From positions 9,779 through 33,992 of the forward strand of contig CAZTWG010000002.1 of NCBI GenBank assembly GCA_964617525.1: a stretch of DNA of 24,214 bases, given 5' to 3'. Source of the DNA: an uncultured Gammaproteobacteria bacterium (GTDB taxonomy: Bacteria > Patescibacteriota > Patescibacteriia > UBA2591 > UBA6264). This document shows positions 8,555-16,468 of the stretch, in pieces; position 1 is the first letter of the stretch; each line of letters opens with the position of its first letter. Below the pieces are notes generated by a model, which did no database searches, was not told the origin of the DNA, and saw nothing but the letters and a program-made list of their open reading frames with translations. The position numbers and the translations under genes were made by a program.

Positions 8555-9766
8555 TTAAAAAGCTGAAGATAGTTGATACATTGGCAATAGAATAGAAACA
8601 GCCATGCCAGCGACAACCACACCCAAAAAGATAATAATAATCGGCTCTAATAGAGTAACTAGTTTAGATAAAAGACTATCAACTTCACGAGAATAAAAAT
8701 TAGAAACCTTTTCCAAAATTTCATCTAATTTCCCAGTTTGCTCCCCAACAGCCATCAAGCGAGGCAACATTGGTGGGACTGAAGAATGATCTAAAAAAGC
8801 AGAACTCATAGAATCCCCTCCCTCTACATTAATAATAGATTGTAAGATAATATTTTTGTAAACAACGTTATTGACCACTTCAGAAACTATTTTTAACGAG
8901 CTAGTCAATGGAATACCACCTACCAGTAAAGTTGATAAACTGCGAGTAAAACGTACTAAATAAAACTTCTGGAAAAGTTTTCCAAAAACAGGTAATTTTA
9001 AAACTATTCTCCCCCAAAAAAGCTTCCCTTTCTTAGTTTTAAGTAAAGCTTGCACAGCAACTCCTAAAAATATTGAGACTATAATTATCAACAAATAGGA
9101 ATCTTTGAAAAAATCACTAACACTAATAAGAATTTTGGTTGGCAATGGCAAATCAACGCTTGATTGGGTTAAAATCTCAGTTAACTGAGGAATAACAAAA
9201 GTCATCATTAAAACCATAACTACAACAACGGTAGCAATGACAAAAATTGGATAAACCATAGCCCCCTTGATTTTACTCATTAAGTCGAAACTCTTTTCTT
9301 GTTCATCTGCTAAATATTGTAAAACTTCGTCAAGGTTCCCAGCAGTTTCCCCAGCACGAACCATGTTAATAAAAAAGTCATCAAAAATTTTAGGATATTT
9401 AGCTAAAGATGAAGAAAAACGAAGGCCACCCTGGACATCTTTAGATATACTTTCAACAACTTTTTTAAGATAAGAATTGTCAGTTTGCTCTTTTAGAACA
9501 CTTAACGCCTCAACTAGAGGCAAGCCAGCTACAACCATAACAGAAAGTTGGCGAGAAAAAAAAACTAAGTCTCTTGGACCGACTCGATTTAAAAAAGAAA
9601 TATTAACTTGTCGACGCCAAAATGGCTTCTTGCTAGAATCTTCTAACGAAAGAACAATCATTTTCTGGCTAGACAAAAGCTTCAATGCGGCATCTTGGCT
9701 CATAGCCTCAATCTCGCCTTCTACAGTAATTCCTTTTTCATTTTTTGCTTTATAAGAAAACAACAT
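8555..9766 (-). CDS. pilC: Type IV pilus platform protein PilC (GspF family)
   Basis: 403-aa ORF with the duplicated GspF-type cytoplasmic domain and three-TM layout (RQLSVMVVAGLPL, RAGETAGNLDEVL, second repeat FTRSLSTLLVGGIPL, AVGEQTGKLDEIL). Adjacent to pilB and pilT. Confidence 0.92.
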   Translation of the reverse strand: MLFSYKAKNEKGITVEGEIEAMSQDAALKLLSSQKMIVLSLEDSSKKPFWRRQVNISFLNRVGPRDLVFFSRQLSVMVVAGLPLVEALSVLKEQTDNSYLKKVVESISKDVQGGLRFSSSLAKYPKIFDDFFINMVRAGETAGNLDEVLQYLADEQEKSFDLMSKIKGAMVYPIFVIATVVVVMVLMMTFVIPQLTEILTQSSVDLPLPTKILISVSDFFKDSYLLIIIVSIFLGVAVQALLKTKKGKLFWGRIVLKLPVFGKLFQKFYLVRFTRSLSTLLVGGIPLTSSLKIVSEVVNNVVYKNIILQSIINVEGGDSMSSAFLDHSSVPPMLPRLMAVGEQTGKLDEILEKVSNFYSREVDSLLSKLVTLLEPIIIIFLGVVVAGMAVSILLPMYQLSSAF

Positions 9767-9812
9767 ACTAAATTTATCTAAATTTATGAGTTACAAGACA
9801 ATAAACCTTTAT

Positions 9813-10886
9813 TTATCTTCTAAGCAAAGCCTTGAATAATTCTCTGTCAACACAATATTTAACAGCCTCTTTAACAGTAACCTCTCCCGAAGAGACCAAA
9901 TCTGCTAAATATTGGTCCATAGAAACTGCTGTATCCCCTTCGCTTGTCTGTAAAACACCAGTCAATTGATGGAACTTTCCATTAGAAATAATAGTTTTAA
10001 CTGCATGAGTTGCTGACAAAACCTCCAAAGCTCTAACCCGTCCACCACCAATTCGTGGGACCAAACGAGAAGAAATAATGCCTGCTAAATTTTCACTTAA
10101 AAAATATCTAATGCTTTCTTCTTCAGATGTAGGGAAAAAATGAAGAATTCTTTTAATAGTTTTTAAAGAAGATATAGTGTCCATTATAATAAATACTAAG
10201 CTTCCCGCCTCAGCAATAGCAAAAATCTCTTTAAACATAGCAACGTCATTAATCTCAGACAGCATTACTACATCCACGTTTCTTTTCCTAACATAGGATA
10301 AACCGCTCAGAAAAGAATTAACATCTTTGCCAACCTCTCTTTGTTCAACAACACTTTTCGCTCCAGTTAAAACGGCTTTAATTGGTTTTTCGATTGTAGA
10401 AATAAATTTTGATTGGTTCTTGTTTATATAATCTAACAAAGAAATAGCTAAGGTTGATCTCCCTGAATCGCGAGGACCAGTAATTAAAACCAATCCATGC
10501 AAAACTTGAGTAAACCCCTTAATTACCTTGGGCAACCCCAAACTATCTAAATCCTTAATTTCCTGCGATAATAATTTAATTCTTAAAGACAAATTGCTCT
10601 TCTGAAAATAAATACTAATCTGAGAATTACCAATTTTTCCTATTTTTCTAACAATATCAATTTGTTTTCTCTCTTTTAAAATATCTTGTTCGTTTTTGCT
10701 TAAAAAAATAGGGATCAAATCATTAATAAAAGAAACAGACAAAATACTTTCTCCAGTCAAAGACTCCATTTTCCCATCAATTCTAACAAAAGGCATTTGA
10801 GCAGGAATTATATAAATCTCTGATGCCTTTTTTTCCGCAGCTTTTGCGCATATTCTATTTAAAATAATTTCTACTTGACTAGACAT
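9813..10886 (-). CDS. pilT: PilT/PilU-family hexameric ATPase homolog with degenerate nucleotide-binding motifs
   Basis: 357-aa ORF alignable over its full length to PilT. The signature motifs are altered: Walker A GPRDSGRS, Asp box IEKPIK, Walker B region DVVMLSEIND, His box AGSLVFIIMDTISS. Confidence 0.85.
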   Translation of the reverse strand: MSSQVEIILNRICAKAAEKKASEIYIIPAQMPFVRIDGKMESLTGESILSVSFINDLIPIFLSKNEQDILKERKQIDIVRKIGKIGNSQISIYFQKSNLSLRIKLLSQEIKDLDSLGLPKVIKGFTQVLHGLVLITGPRDSGRSTLAISLLDYINKNQSKFISTIEKPIKAVLTGAKSVVEQREVGKDVNSFLSGLSYVRKRNVDVVMLSEINDVAMFKEIFAIAEAGSLVFIIMDTISSLKTIKRILHFFPTSEEESIRYFLSENLAGIISSRLVPRIGGGRVRALEVLSATHAVKTIISNGKFHQLTGVLQTSEGDTAVSMDQYLADLVSSGEVTVKEAVKYCVDRELFKALLRR

Positions 10887-10919
10887 AATATAAATAAATT
10901 ACTCTAATTAATCTAATTA

Positions 10920-12662
10920 TCATTCTCTAGAAACTCTTAAAACTTCTTCTATCGTTGTTTCCCCTCTGAGAGCTTTAATATAGCCATCTCTGAACATTTT
11001 AATCATTAATTGACGCTTCATCTCTTTTCTCGCTGTTTCTTCTTTACAACCCTCTGTAATAATAGTTTTCATTTCGTCTGTTATATTTAAAACCTCAAAT
11101 ATTGCTAATCGCCCCTTGTATCCTTCTTGATTGCAACGAGAACAACCTTTGCCTCTGTAAAATTTTAAATGACCAGTCTCACTATCACGATATTCTTCTA
11201 AATTAAATCCTTCTATATTTTGGTTCTCTAAAGCATCTTCCACTTCTTTTTCTAAATTTTCGGATAAAACTATTTCTTCACGACAATAGGGACAAATTTT
11301 ACGGACTAATCTTTGAGCAATAACTGTATTAATTGAGGAAGAAAGTAAAAATGGAGCTACCTTCATATCGATCAACCTAGGAATAGCTCCAAAAGCATCA
11401 TTTGCGTGAAGGGTAGAAAGAACGATATGACCAGTCAGTGCTGCGTGAACAGCTAACTCTGCTGTTTCATCGTCACGGATCTCACCAACCATAATTATAT
11501 CTGGATCTTGACGAACAATAGAACGCAAACCAGAAGCGAAAGAATATCCAATACTTGCTTTAATTTGCGACTGATTCACCCCATCTAAAACATATTCGAT
11601 TGGGTCCTCTAAAGAAACAATGTTAACTGTACTTTGATTCAATATCTTCAACAAAGCATATAAAGTAGTTGTTTTACCTGAACCAGTAGGACCAGTAATT
11701 AAAAGCATACCATGTGGTTTAGATAAATTTTCTTTAATAATTTTCAAGCCCGAGCCCCAAAAACCTAGATCATTCAAGGTGAAAATTCTACGCGTAGGAT
11801 CCAAAATTCTCATTACTGCCTTTTCATTGTCAAGCAAAGGCATAACTGAAACCCTTAAATCTATTTTTCTCTTAGATATCATCACCCTAATTCTTCCTCC
11901 CTGCGGGATACGAGTTTCATCCAATTTCAAATTAGACATTACTTTAATGCGAGAGATTATTGCTGAATGCAAATGTCCTGGCAACATAGCTGTTTCTTTC
12001 AAGATTCCGTCAATACGATAACGAACTCTACTTTTGTCAAGAAATGGTTCAATGTGGACATCAGAAACCTGATTATCCACTGCATATCTAAGAATAGAAG
12101 CTACTAATTTTGCTATTGGAGCAGATTTGCTAATAGCTTCTGTCCCTAATTCTGACATACCTTTCGCAGTAGAAGCAAATCTTGACTCCGTAGAATCAAC
12201 GACAGCGTCCACCTCAGCTTCTAGACCACTATACTGAGCTAAGATTTTATTAAAAGCTGTTTTAGCGACTACGAAATATTCTACCTTTAGATCATTTTGA
12301 CGGGCTACAAAATTTACTGCTTCTCTAGCACGAAAATCGCCAGGGTTTAACATGGCGACTTTTAAAACATTTTTATCCCTACCAAAAGATAATACAAAAT
12401 AGTTTTCTGCTACATCTTTAGGAATAATATTTAAAATTTTTCTCTCAACGACTAGACCATAAATATCAGCAACACTCAAAGAATATAGCTCTCCCTTAGC
12501 AAGCGCTATTTCGTCTTCAGAAACAATATTCTTGCTTTCTAAAAATTCATCTGGAGATAAATTAGATTTCTTGCTTTCTTCTAGAATCTTCTTATATTGC
12601 TCTTTTGATAGCTTACCCTTCTCTAAAAGAAAATTAATAATTTTGTTATTATCTTGAGACAT
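10920..12662 (-). CDS. pilB: Type IV pilus assembly ATPase PilB (GspE family)
   Basis: 580-aa ORF with an N-terminal GspE-N type domain. It has canonical Walker A GPTGSGKTT, Asp box LEDPIEY, Walker B DPDIIMVGEIRD, His box TGHIVLSTLHAND and a tetracysteine zinc motif (CPYC...CSRC). Confidence 0.94.
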   Translation of the reverse strand: MSQDNNKIINFLLEKGKLSKEQYKKILEESKKSNLSPDEFLESKNIVSEDEIALAKGELYSLSVADIYGLVVERKILNIIPKDVAENYFVLSFGRDKNVLKVAMLNPGDFRAREAVNFVARQNDLKVEYFVVAKTAFNKILAQYSGLEAEVDAVVDSTESRFASTAKGMSELGTEAISKSAPIAKLVASILRYAVDNQVSDVHIEPFLDKSRVRYRIDGILKETAMLPGHLHSAIISRIKVMSNLKLDETRIPQGGRIRVMISKRKIDLRVSVMPLLDNEKAVMRILDPTRRIFTLNDLGFWGSGLKIIKENLSKPHGMLLITGPTGSGKTTTLYALLKILNQSTVNIVSLEDPIEYVLDGVNQSQIKASIGYSFASGLRSIVRQDPDIIMVGEIRDDETAELAVHAALTGHIVLSTLHANDAFGAIPRLIDMKVAPFLLSSSINTVIAQRLVRKICPYCREEIVLSENLEKEVEDALENQNIEGFNLEEYRDSETGHLKFYRGKGCSRCNQEGYKGRLAIFEVLNITDEMKTIITEGCKEETARKEMKRQLMIKMFRDGYIKALRGETTIEEVLRVSRE

Positions 12663-12731
12663 AATTATTTTCTAAAATTAACCCACCCGGATATTACCTT
12701 TAGCTCAGTTAAGCTCGGGTAGCAAAAGTTT

Positions 12732-13022
12732 TTACTCTTCATCTTTTGTTGCAAATGGCATAAAGGGATTCACTCGTCCCCTTTTTTCCACTAATACTGG
12801 ATTGAAAAAAGATTGAATATATTTCATTTCTTGAAATTTTGGATTATTCACAATAGCTTCCAAATCCTCTATAGAAGGGATTGGTTCCGAGAGATAAACT
12901 GGGCGGATATAATCAGTCGTTATAGGTTTTTTTGACCGCTTACTATTTACCAAAAAATAAGCAGTAAAAACCAAAACTACCAATAAAGATAAAAATAAAA
13001 TATAATCCTTTTTATTTGTCAT
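12732..13022 (-). CDS. Small membrane-anchored protein, possible minimal PilP-like pilus alignment component
   Basis: 96-aa ORF with one N-terminal TM helix. Its start overlaps the pilO-like stop by 11 nt. The C-terminal RGRVNPFMPF resembles the R-x-(D/N)-P-F motif seen in PilP-type proteins. Assignment rests on position and motif only. Confidence 0.45.
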   Translation of the reverse strand: MTNKKDYILFLSLLVVLVFTAYFLVNSKRSKKPITTDYIRPVYLSEPIPSIEDLEAIVNNPKFQEMKYIQSFFNPVLVEKRGRVNPFMPFATKDEE

Positions 13023-13578
13023 AAGTATCTAAATAATAAGTCTTGATATTTAAATGAATAATATTACCAACATCTTCAAAGCTTAATTTGTCAATATCCA
13101 TTATTCTGATATTTGTTTCTATCTGTCTAATAAATTTTTTCATTTTCTGATAGGTCCCATTTTCAAAATTAAGGGATAAGTTTATAACACCCTCCCCAAA
13201 ATCTATATTAAACCCTGTTAGCTCTAGATTTGACCGTTCAGCTAAAACGTTAATCTGGTTTAAAATAGAAGGAATATAAGCCTCGTTAGCTAAAACATAG
13301 TCTAGTTTCTTCATTTCAGCTTGATCTATTTTGTCTGACTTGCTTTTAAGTTCTTTTAGTTTTTCTAAATATACGTTCTGTTCATCTAAAATACCCTGAT
13401 AATAACTAACGTCTAAGGGCCCATTATCTCTAGCATCGGCTAGTTTAGATTTAAAAAACGAAAAATAACTAATAGAAAGCATGATAATAAAAAAAACAAA
13501 AACTATCAGTCCAGAGAATTTCACTAAAACTAAATGATACCACTTAGTTTTTAACCTTCTTTGCTTTATTTTTGCCAT
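13012..13578 (-). CDS. pilO: PilO-like pilus assembly protein
   Basis: 188-aa bitopic ORF: short basic N-terminus, one TM helix, a coiled-coil segment and an alpha/beta C-terminal domain. It sits after pilN and overlaps it by 13 nt. Called from architecture and synteny. Confidence 0.6.
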   Translation of the reverse strand: MAKIKQRRLKTKWYHLVLVKFSGLIVFVFFIIMLSISYFSFFKSKLADARDNGPLDVSYYQGILDEQNVYLEKLKELKSKSDKIDQAEMKKLDYVLANEAYIPSILNQINVLAERSNLELTGFNIDFGEGVINLSLNFENGTYQKMKKFIRQIETNIRIMDIDKLSFEDVGNIIHLNIKTYYLDTYDK

Positions 13579-14459
13579 ATACCATCAACTAAGATTAAAT
13601 TAAAAGAAGCACTCGCTCCATCGGGAGACATCTGGATATTAGAAACATTGACCTTTTTGATAAAATCTGGAGCATTGTTAAATGCTACAATCTGTTGAGC
13701 TAAATACATTAAATTACGGCTAGTAGCCGTAAGATTGATACTTTTTCCAGCTGAAGCACTAAAATTACCAAAATAAACATCTGGGACTGTATAAGATTCC
13801 AAAAGGTCAAAAAAATTAGTCCAATAAATATGATTATCTAGAACTTTATTTACTTCAGTTGCTTTGTCCGCAAGCGTTATTATATTATCTCTGTTCTCTA
13901 ACAAAGGAATCGTCTGAGCCTCTAAAAGAACTATTTCTCTCTTTAAGTGCTCAGCCTGAAATTTTAGCCTATCAAAATACCAATCGCCATACAAACGAGA
14001 AATAAAAAAAATAACTAAAATAAAAAAAATAAATATTATTAAAAACAGCAAACGAGTATGAACAACTCTAGAGATTACCATTGTCTGCTTGGGCATCAAA
14101 CTAACGCCAAAACCATCAGAAACATCCTCTTCTCTCTTCTTTTCTTCTTTGTCTTTATTTTTATCTTTATTTTTTTTGGAAAAAATCTTACGACCAAAAG
14201 CTTTTAAAGCTACTTTTTCCTTCTTTTGCTCAGAAGATTTGCTTAAAAATTCATCCTTTTTTTTCTTCCTCTTTTTAAAAATAAAATCCCAAAGCTTTAA
14301 ATAAAAACCTATGGATTTATGTTTTTTTCGGGGAGATTTATCCTTAACTGGAGTAGTCATTTTTATATCCTCCTTCTCATTCTCATTCTCCTTTAATACA
14401 CTAAATCCTTTATCTTCTTTCTCCCCCCTTTTCATTTCTTCTGTCAATAAATTAACCAT
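13566..14459 (-). CDS. pilN: PilN-like pilus assembly protein with a roughly 120-aa Lys/Glu-rich N-terminal extension
   Basis: 297-aa ORF. The TM helix (LLFLIIFIFFILVIFFI) is preceded by VSLMPKQ, an INLLP-like motif in the canonical position, and followed by a coiled coil and periplasmic domain. It lies immediately downstream of pilM. The extreme N-terminus carries a second INLLP-like motif (MVNLLTEE). Confidence 0.65.
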   Translation of the reverse strand: MVNLLTEEMKRGEKEDKGFSVLKENENEKEDIKMTTPVKDKSPRKKHKSIGFYLKLWDFIFKKRKKKKDEFLSKSSEQKKEKVALKAFGRKIFSKKNKDKNKDKEEKKREEDVSDGFGVSLMPKQTMVISRVVHTRLLFLIIFIFFILVIFFISRLYGDWYFDRLKFQAEHLKREIVLLEAQTIPLLENRDNIITLADKATEVNKVLDNHIYWTNFFDLLESYTVPDVYFGNFSASAGKSINLTATSRNLMYLAQQIVAFNNAPDFIKKVNVSNIQMSPDGASASFNLILVDGIWQK

Positions 14460-14488
14460 AAATAAAATTCTTTTTTAATAATTATTAT

Positions 14489-14548
14489 GAGCCTAGCGAA
14501 TAACAAGGTTCTTGCGAGCAAAGCCACGCTTAGCGGGGCGAAGCGAGG
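14489..14548. promoter_or_regulatory. GC-rich island in the pilM-pilN spacer, containing copy B of the recurring leader motif and local dyad symmetries
   Basis: GAGCCTAGCGAATAACAAGGTTCTTGCGAGCAAAGCCACGCTTAGCGGGGCGAAGCGAGG stands out against AT-rich flanks. It contains the CAAGgttCTTG dyad, the GCTTAGCGGGGCGAAGC imperfect hairpin (14528-14544) and two GCGAG repeats. Confidence 0.45.
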
Positions 14549-14553
14549 AATAG

Positions 14554-15597
14554 TTACTTTAGACCCCTTAACCCCAAACCGATAGCTACTGCAAAACGTG
14601 GAGCAACCTCATATAGGGCTGGTTTTAATTCTTCAGGATAAGAAATTCTAGACCAAGGGTCTCCAATTAAAACTTTAATATTTAACGCTTTAGAAAAATA
14701 ATGTGTTAAATTTGGCAAATAAGCCGACCCACCAGAAAGAATAACTTGTTCTATAGTCTTCCCCGATTGGTCTTCATATAATTTTCTAGAATAATTCATT
14801 TCATCAACTACTGGTTTTAATATTGCAGAAATAACCTCTGGGATCTTAGAAGAACCAGACATGCCAATATCTCTTTTAAACTGTTCTGCGCGATTAAAAC
14901 TAACATTAAGACTGTTAGCGATAGCTCTAGTGATTGTGATCCCACCAACATCAATGCTTCTATTTAGAGAAGGGACTCCTTTTTCGATAACAATAATATC
15001 AGTGGTAACGGCACTAGTATCAATAATCATTGTTGTGGTCTGACTTTTCCCCAGCAAAGACCTAGTTAAAGCGAAAGCTTCAGTTTCTAAGGATAATAAT
15101 TGAAGATCTGCTTTTTTAAAAATATTTACATATCTTTGTACTAAACCCCTAGCTGCTGCCGTTAAAAGAATGCGATAACTCTTCTTCTTTTTAGTAACCT
15201 CTATTTTGTCTATAATTCTCCAATCTAGAATTACATCTTCTATCGGCAAGGGAACAAATTTTTTAGCTTCCCAACGTATTGCGGAATCCAGTTCTTTTTT
15301 GCTCATCACGGGCAAAATAATTACTGAGTTAAAAACAGAAAAATTTGGCAGAGCAGTTACTGCTCTATATGAATGAATGTCACATTTAGTATATAATTTC
15401 TTCAAAAGAGCAGCTACTTTGTCTAGAATCACATTAGAATCATCTTCAGTAATGTCAGCTACTGCTCGTTCAGCATATCCATAAGTAACAAGTCTTGGCA
15501 TCCCCCTTTCCATAGTAAATTCCACTAACTTAAGGCTAGTCGTACCTAAATCAATGCCTAAAAAATTATTTTTCTTTCCTAAACCAAGAATAGCCAT
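14554..15597 (-). CDS. pilM: Type IV pilus assembly protein PilM (actin-like ATPase fold)
   Basis: 347-aa ORF with an N-terminal LGIDLGTTSLKLVE phosphate-1 motif, IIDTSAVTTDIIV and LSGGSAYLPNL, typical of PilM/FtsA-like proteins. First gene of the pil block. Confidence 0.9.
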   Translation of the reverse strand: MAILGLGKKNNFLGIDLGTTSLKLVEFTMERGMPRLVTYGYAERAVADITEDDSNVILDKVAALLKKLYTKCDIHSYRAVTALPNFSVFNSVIILPVMSKKELDSAIRWEAKKFVPLPIEDVILDWRIIDKIEVTKKKKSYRILLTAAARGLVQRYVNIFKKADLQLLSLETEAFALTRSLLGKSQTTTMIIDTSAVTTDIIVIEKGVPSLNRSIDVGGITITRAIANSLNVSFNRAEQFKRDIGMSGSSKIPEVISAILKPVVDEMNYSRKLYEDQSGKTIEQVILSGGSAYLPNLTHYFSKALNIKVLIGDPWSRISYPEELKPALYEVAPRFAVAIGLGLRGLK

Positions 15598-15684
15598 ATT
15601 GTTTTATTGAAATATCAAAACATTTGGTTTCTGCTTGTCGCATCCAAAAAAATGTTCACTTCTTGTTAAATTTTTATATTATTA

Positions 15685-15693
15685 TGTTATAAT
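15685..15693 (+). promoter_or_regulatory. Candidate extended -10 promoter element (TGTTATAAT) for comF
   Basis: TGnTATAAT match whose 3' end lies 48 nt upstream of the comF ATG. A weak -35-like TTGTTA sits at 15663-15668 with a 19-nt spacer. The element is in the 144-bp pilM/comF divergent region. Confidence 0.5.
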
Positions 15694-15741
15694 GTATATG
15701 ATATATATTATACAGCAAAAGAACATTTTCAACAACAATCA

Positions 15742-16407
15742 ATGTGGATAAATAAATTTAAATCTTTCTTATTAAATGCCATATATCCCTTAAAATGCCT
15801 TGGCTGCAAAAAGCCAAAAGTTTTAATATGCCATGAATGTTTTCAAAAATTAACGTCTTTGTCCAATCATCCTATTTACGAAGAAACATTGCACTTAAAA
15901 AAAATAATTATTGCTCTTGACTACAGAAAACAGATAGTTAAAAAAATTATCAAAGCTTTTAAATATCCCCCCTATATTGAATCTTTAAAAAAGGTTCTTA
16001 GTTCTTTTCTTATAAGAGCTATTCAGAAATTTCCAGACGATATTTCTTATTTAAGAAAAAATAATTTTGTTTTAGTCCCAATTCCACTTTCTAGGCTAAA
16101 GCTAGCACAAAGAGGATTTAATCAATCTGAGTTAATATCTATTGAATTGTCTCAAAAATTATCGCTAGAACATCACCCACAAATTCTCAAAAAAATTAAA
16201 AATACCAAATCCCAAACAAATCTAAACACTGAACAAAGAAAAGCAAATATTAAAAATGCCTTTTGCTTCTTTGGAGATAATTGTCCATCTAATATTATTT
16301 TAGTTGATGATGTTTATACTACTGGTGCTACCCTAGAAGCGGCCAGTTATGCTTTACGTCAAGCTGGCGCTAAAGAAATCTGGGCATTTGTGCTAGCAAA
16401 GGGATAG
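15742..16407 (+). CDS. comF: ComF-family protein (phosphoribosyltransferase-type competence protein, ComFC-like)
   Basis: 221-aa ORF with an N-terminal double CxxC zinc finger (CLGCKK...CHEC) and the C-terminal PRTase motif ILVDDVYTTGATL. Confidence 0.88.
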   Translation: MWINKFKSFLLNAIYPLKCLGCKKPKVLICHECFQKLTSLSNHPIYEETLHLKKIIIALDYRKQIVKKIIKAFKYPPYIESLKKVLSSFLIRAIQKFPDDISYLRKNNFVLVPIPLSRLKLAQRGFNQSELISIELSQKLSLEHHPQILKKIKNTKSQTNLNTEQRKANIKNAFCFFGDNCPSNIILVDDVYTTGATLEAASYALRQAGAKEIWAFVLAKG

Positions 16408-16433
16408 AAGTATTAGAACACTAGAACAAATTT

Positions 16434-16468
16434 AACAATCAGCAATCAACAATCAATAATCAACAATT
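16434..16468. repeat. Five tandem copies of a 7-bp unit (AACAATC AGCAATC AACAATC AATAATC AACAATT)
   Basis: Read directly. It lies in the convergent comF/lgt junction and overlaps the lgt stop codon. It is preceded by the tandem 8-mers TAGAACAC TAGAACAA (16414-16429). Confidence 0.75.

Noticed and set aside
9768-9787. Tandem CTAAATTTAT x2 immediately upstream of pilC, and TCTAATTA x2 (10903-10919) upstream of the pilT-like gene.
   Set aside because: These are very short, pure-AT repeats in AT-rich spacers and could easily arise by chance or slippage. There is no dyad symmetry or other supporting feature. I note them but do not call them regulatory.
12690-12725. tRNA-like string TAGCTCAGTTAAGCTCGGGTAGC in the spacer upstream of pilB.
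   Set aside because: AGCTC occurs as a direct repeat and not as a complementary D-stem. No acceptor, anticodon or T arm can be drawn. It is at most a weak 5-bp ACCCG/CGGGT pairing with a long loop.
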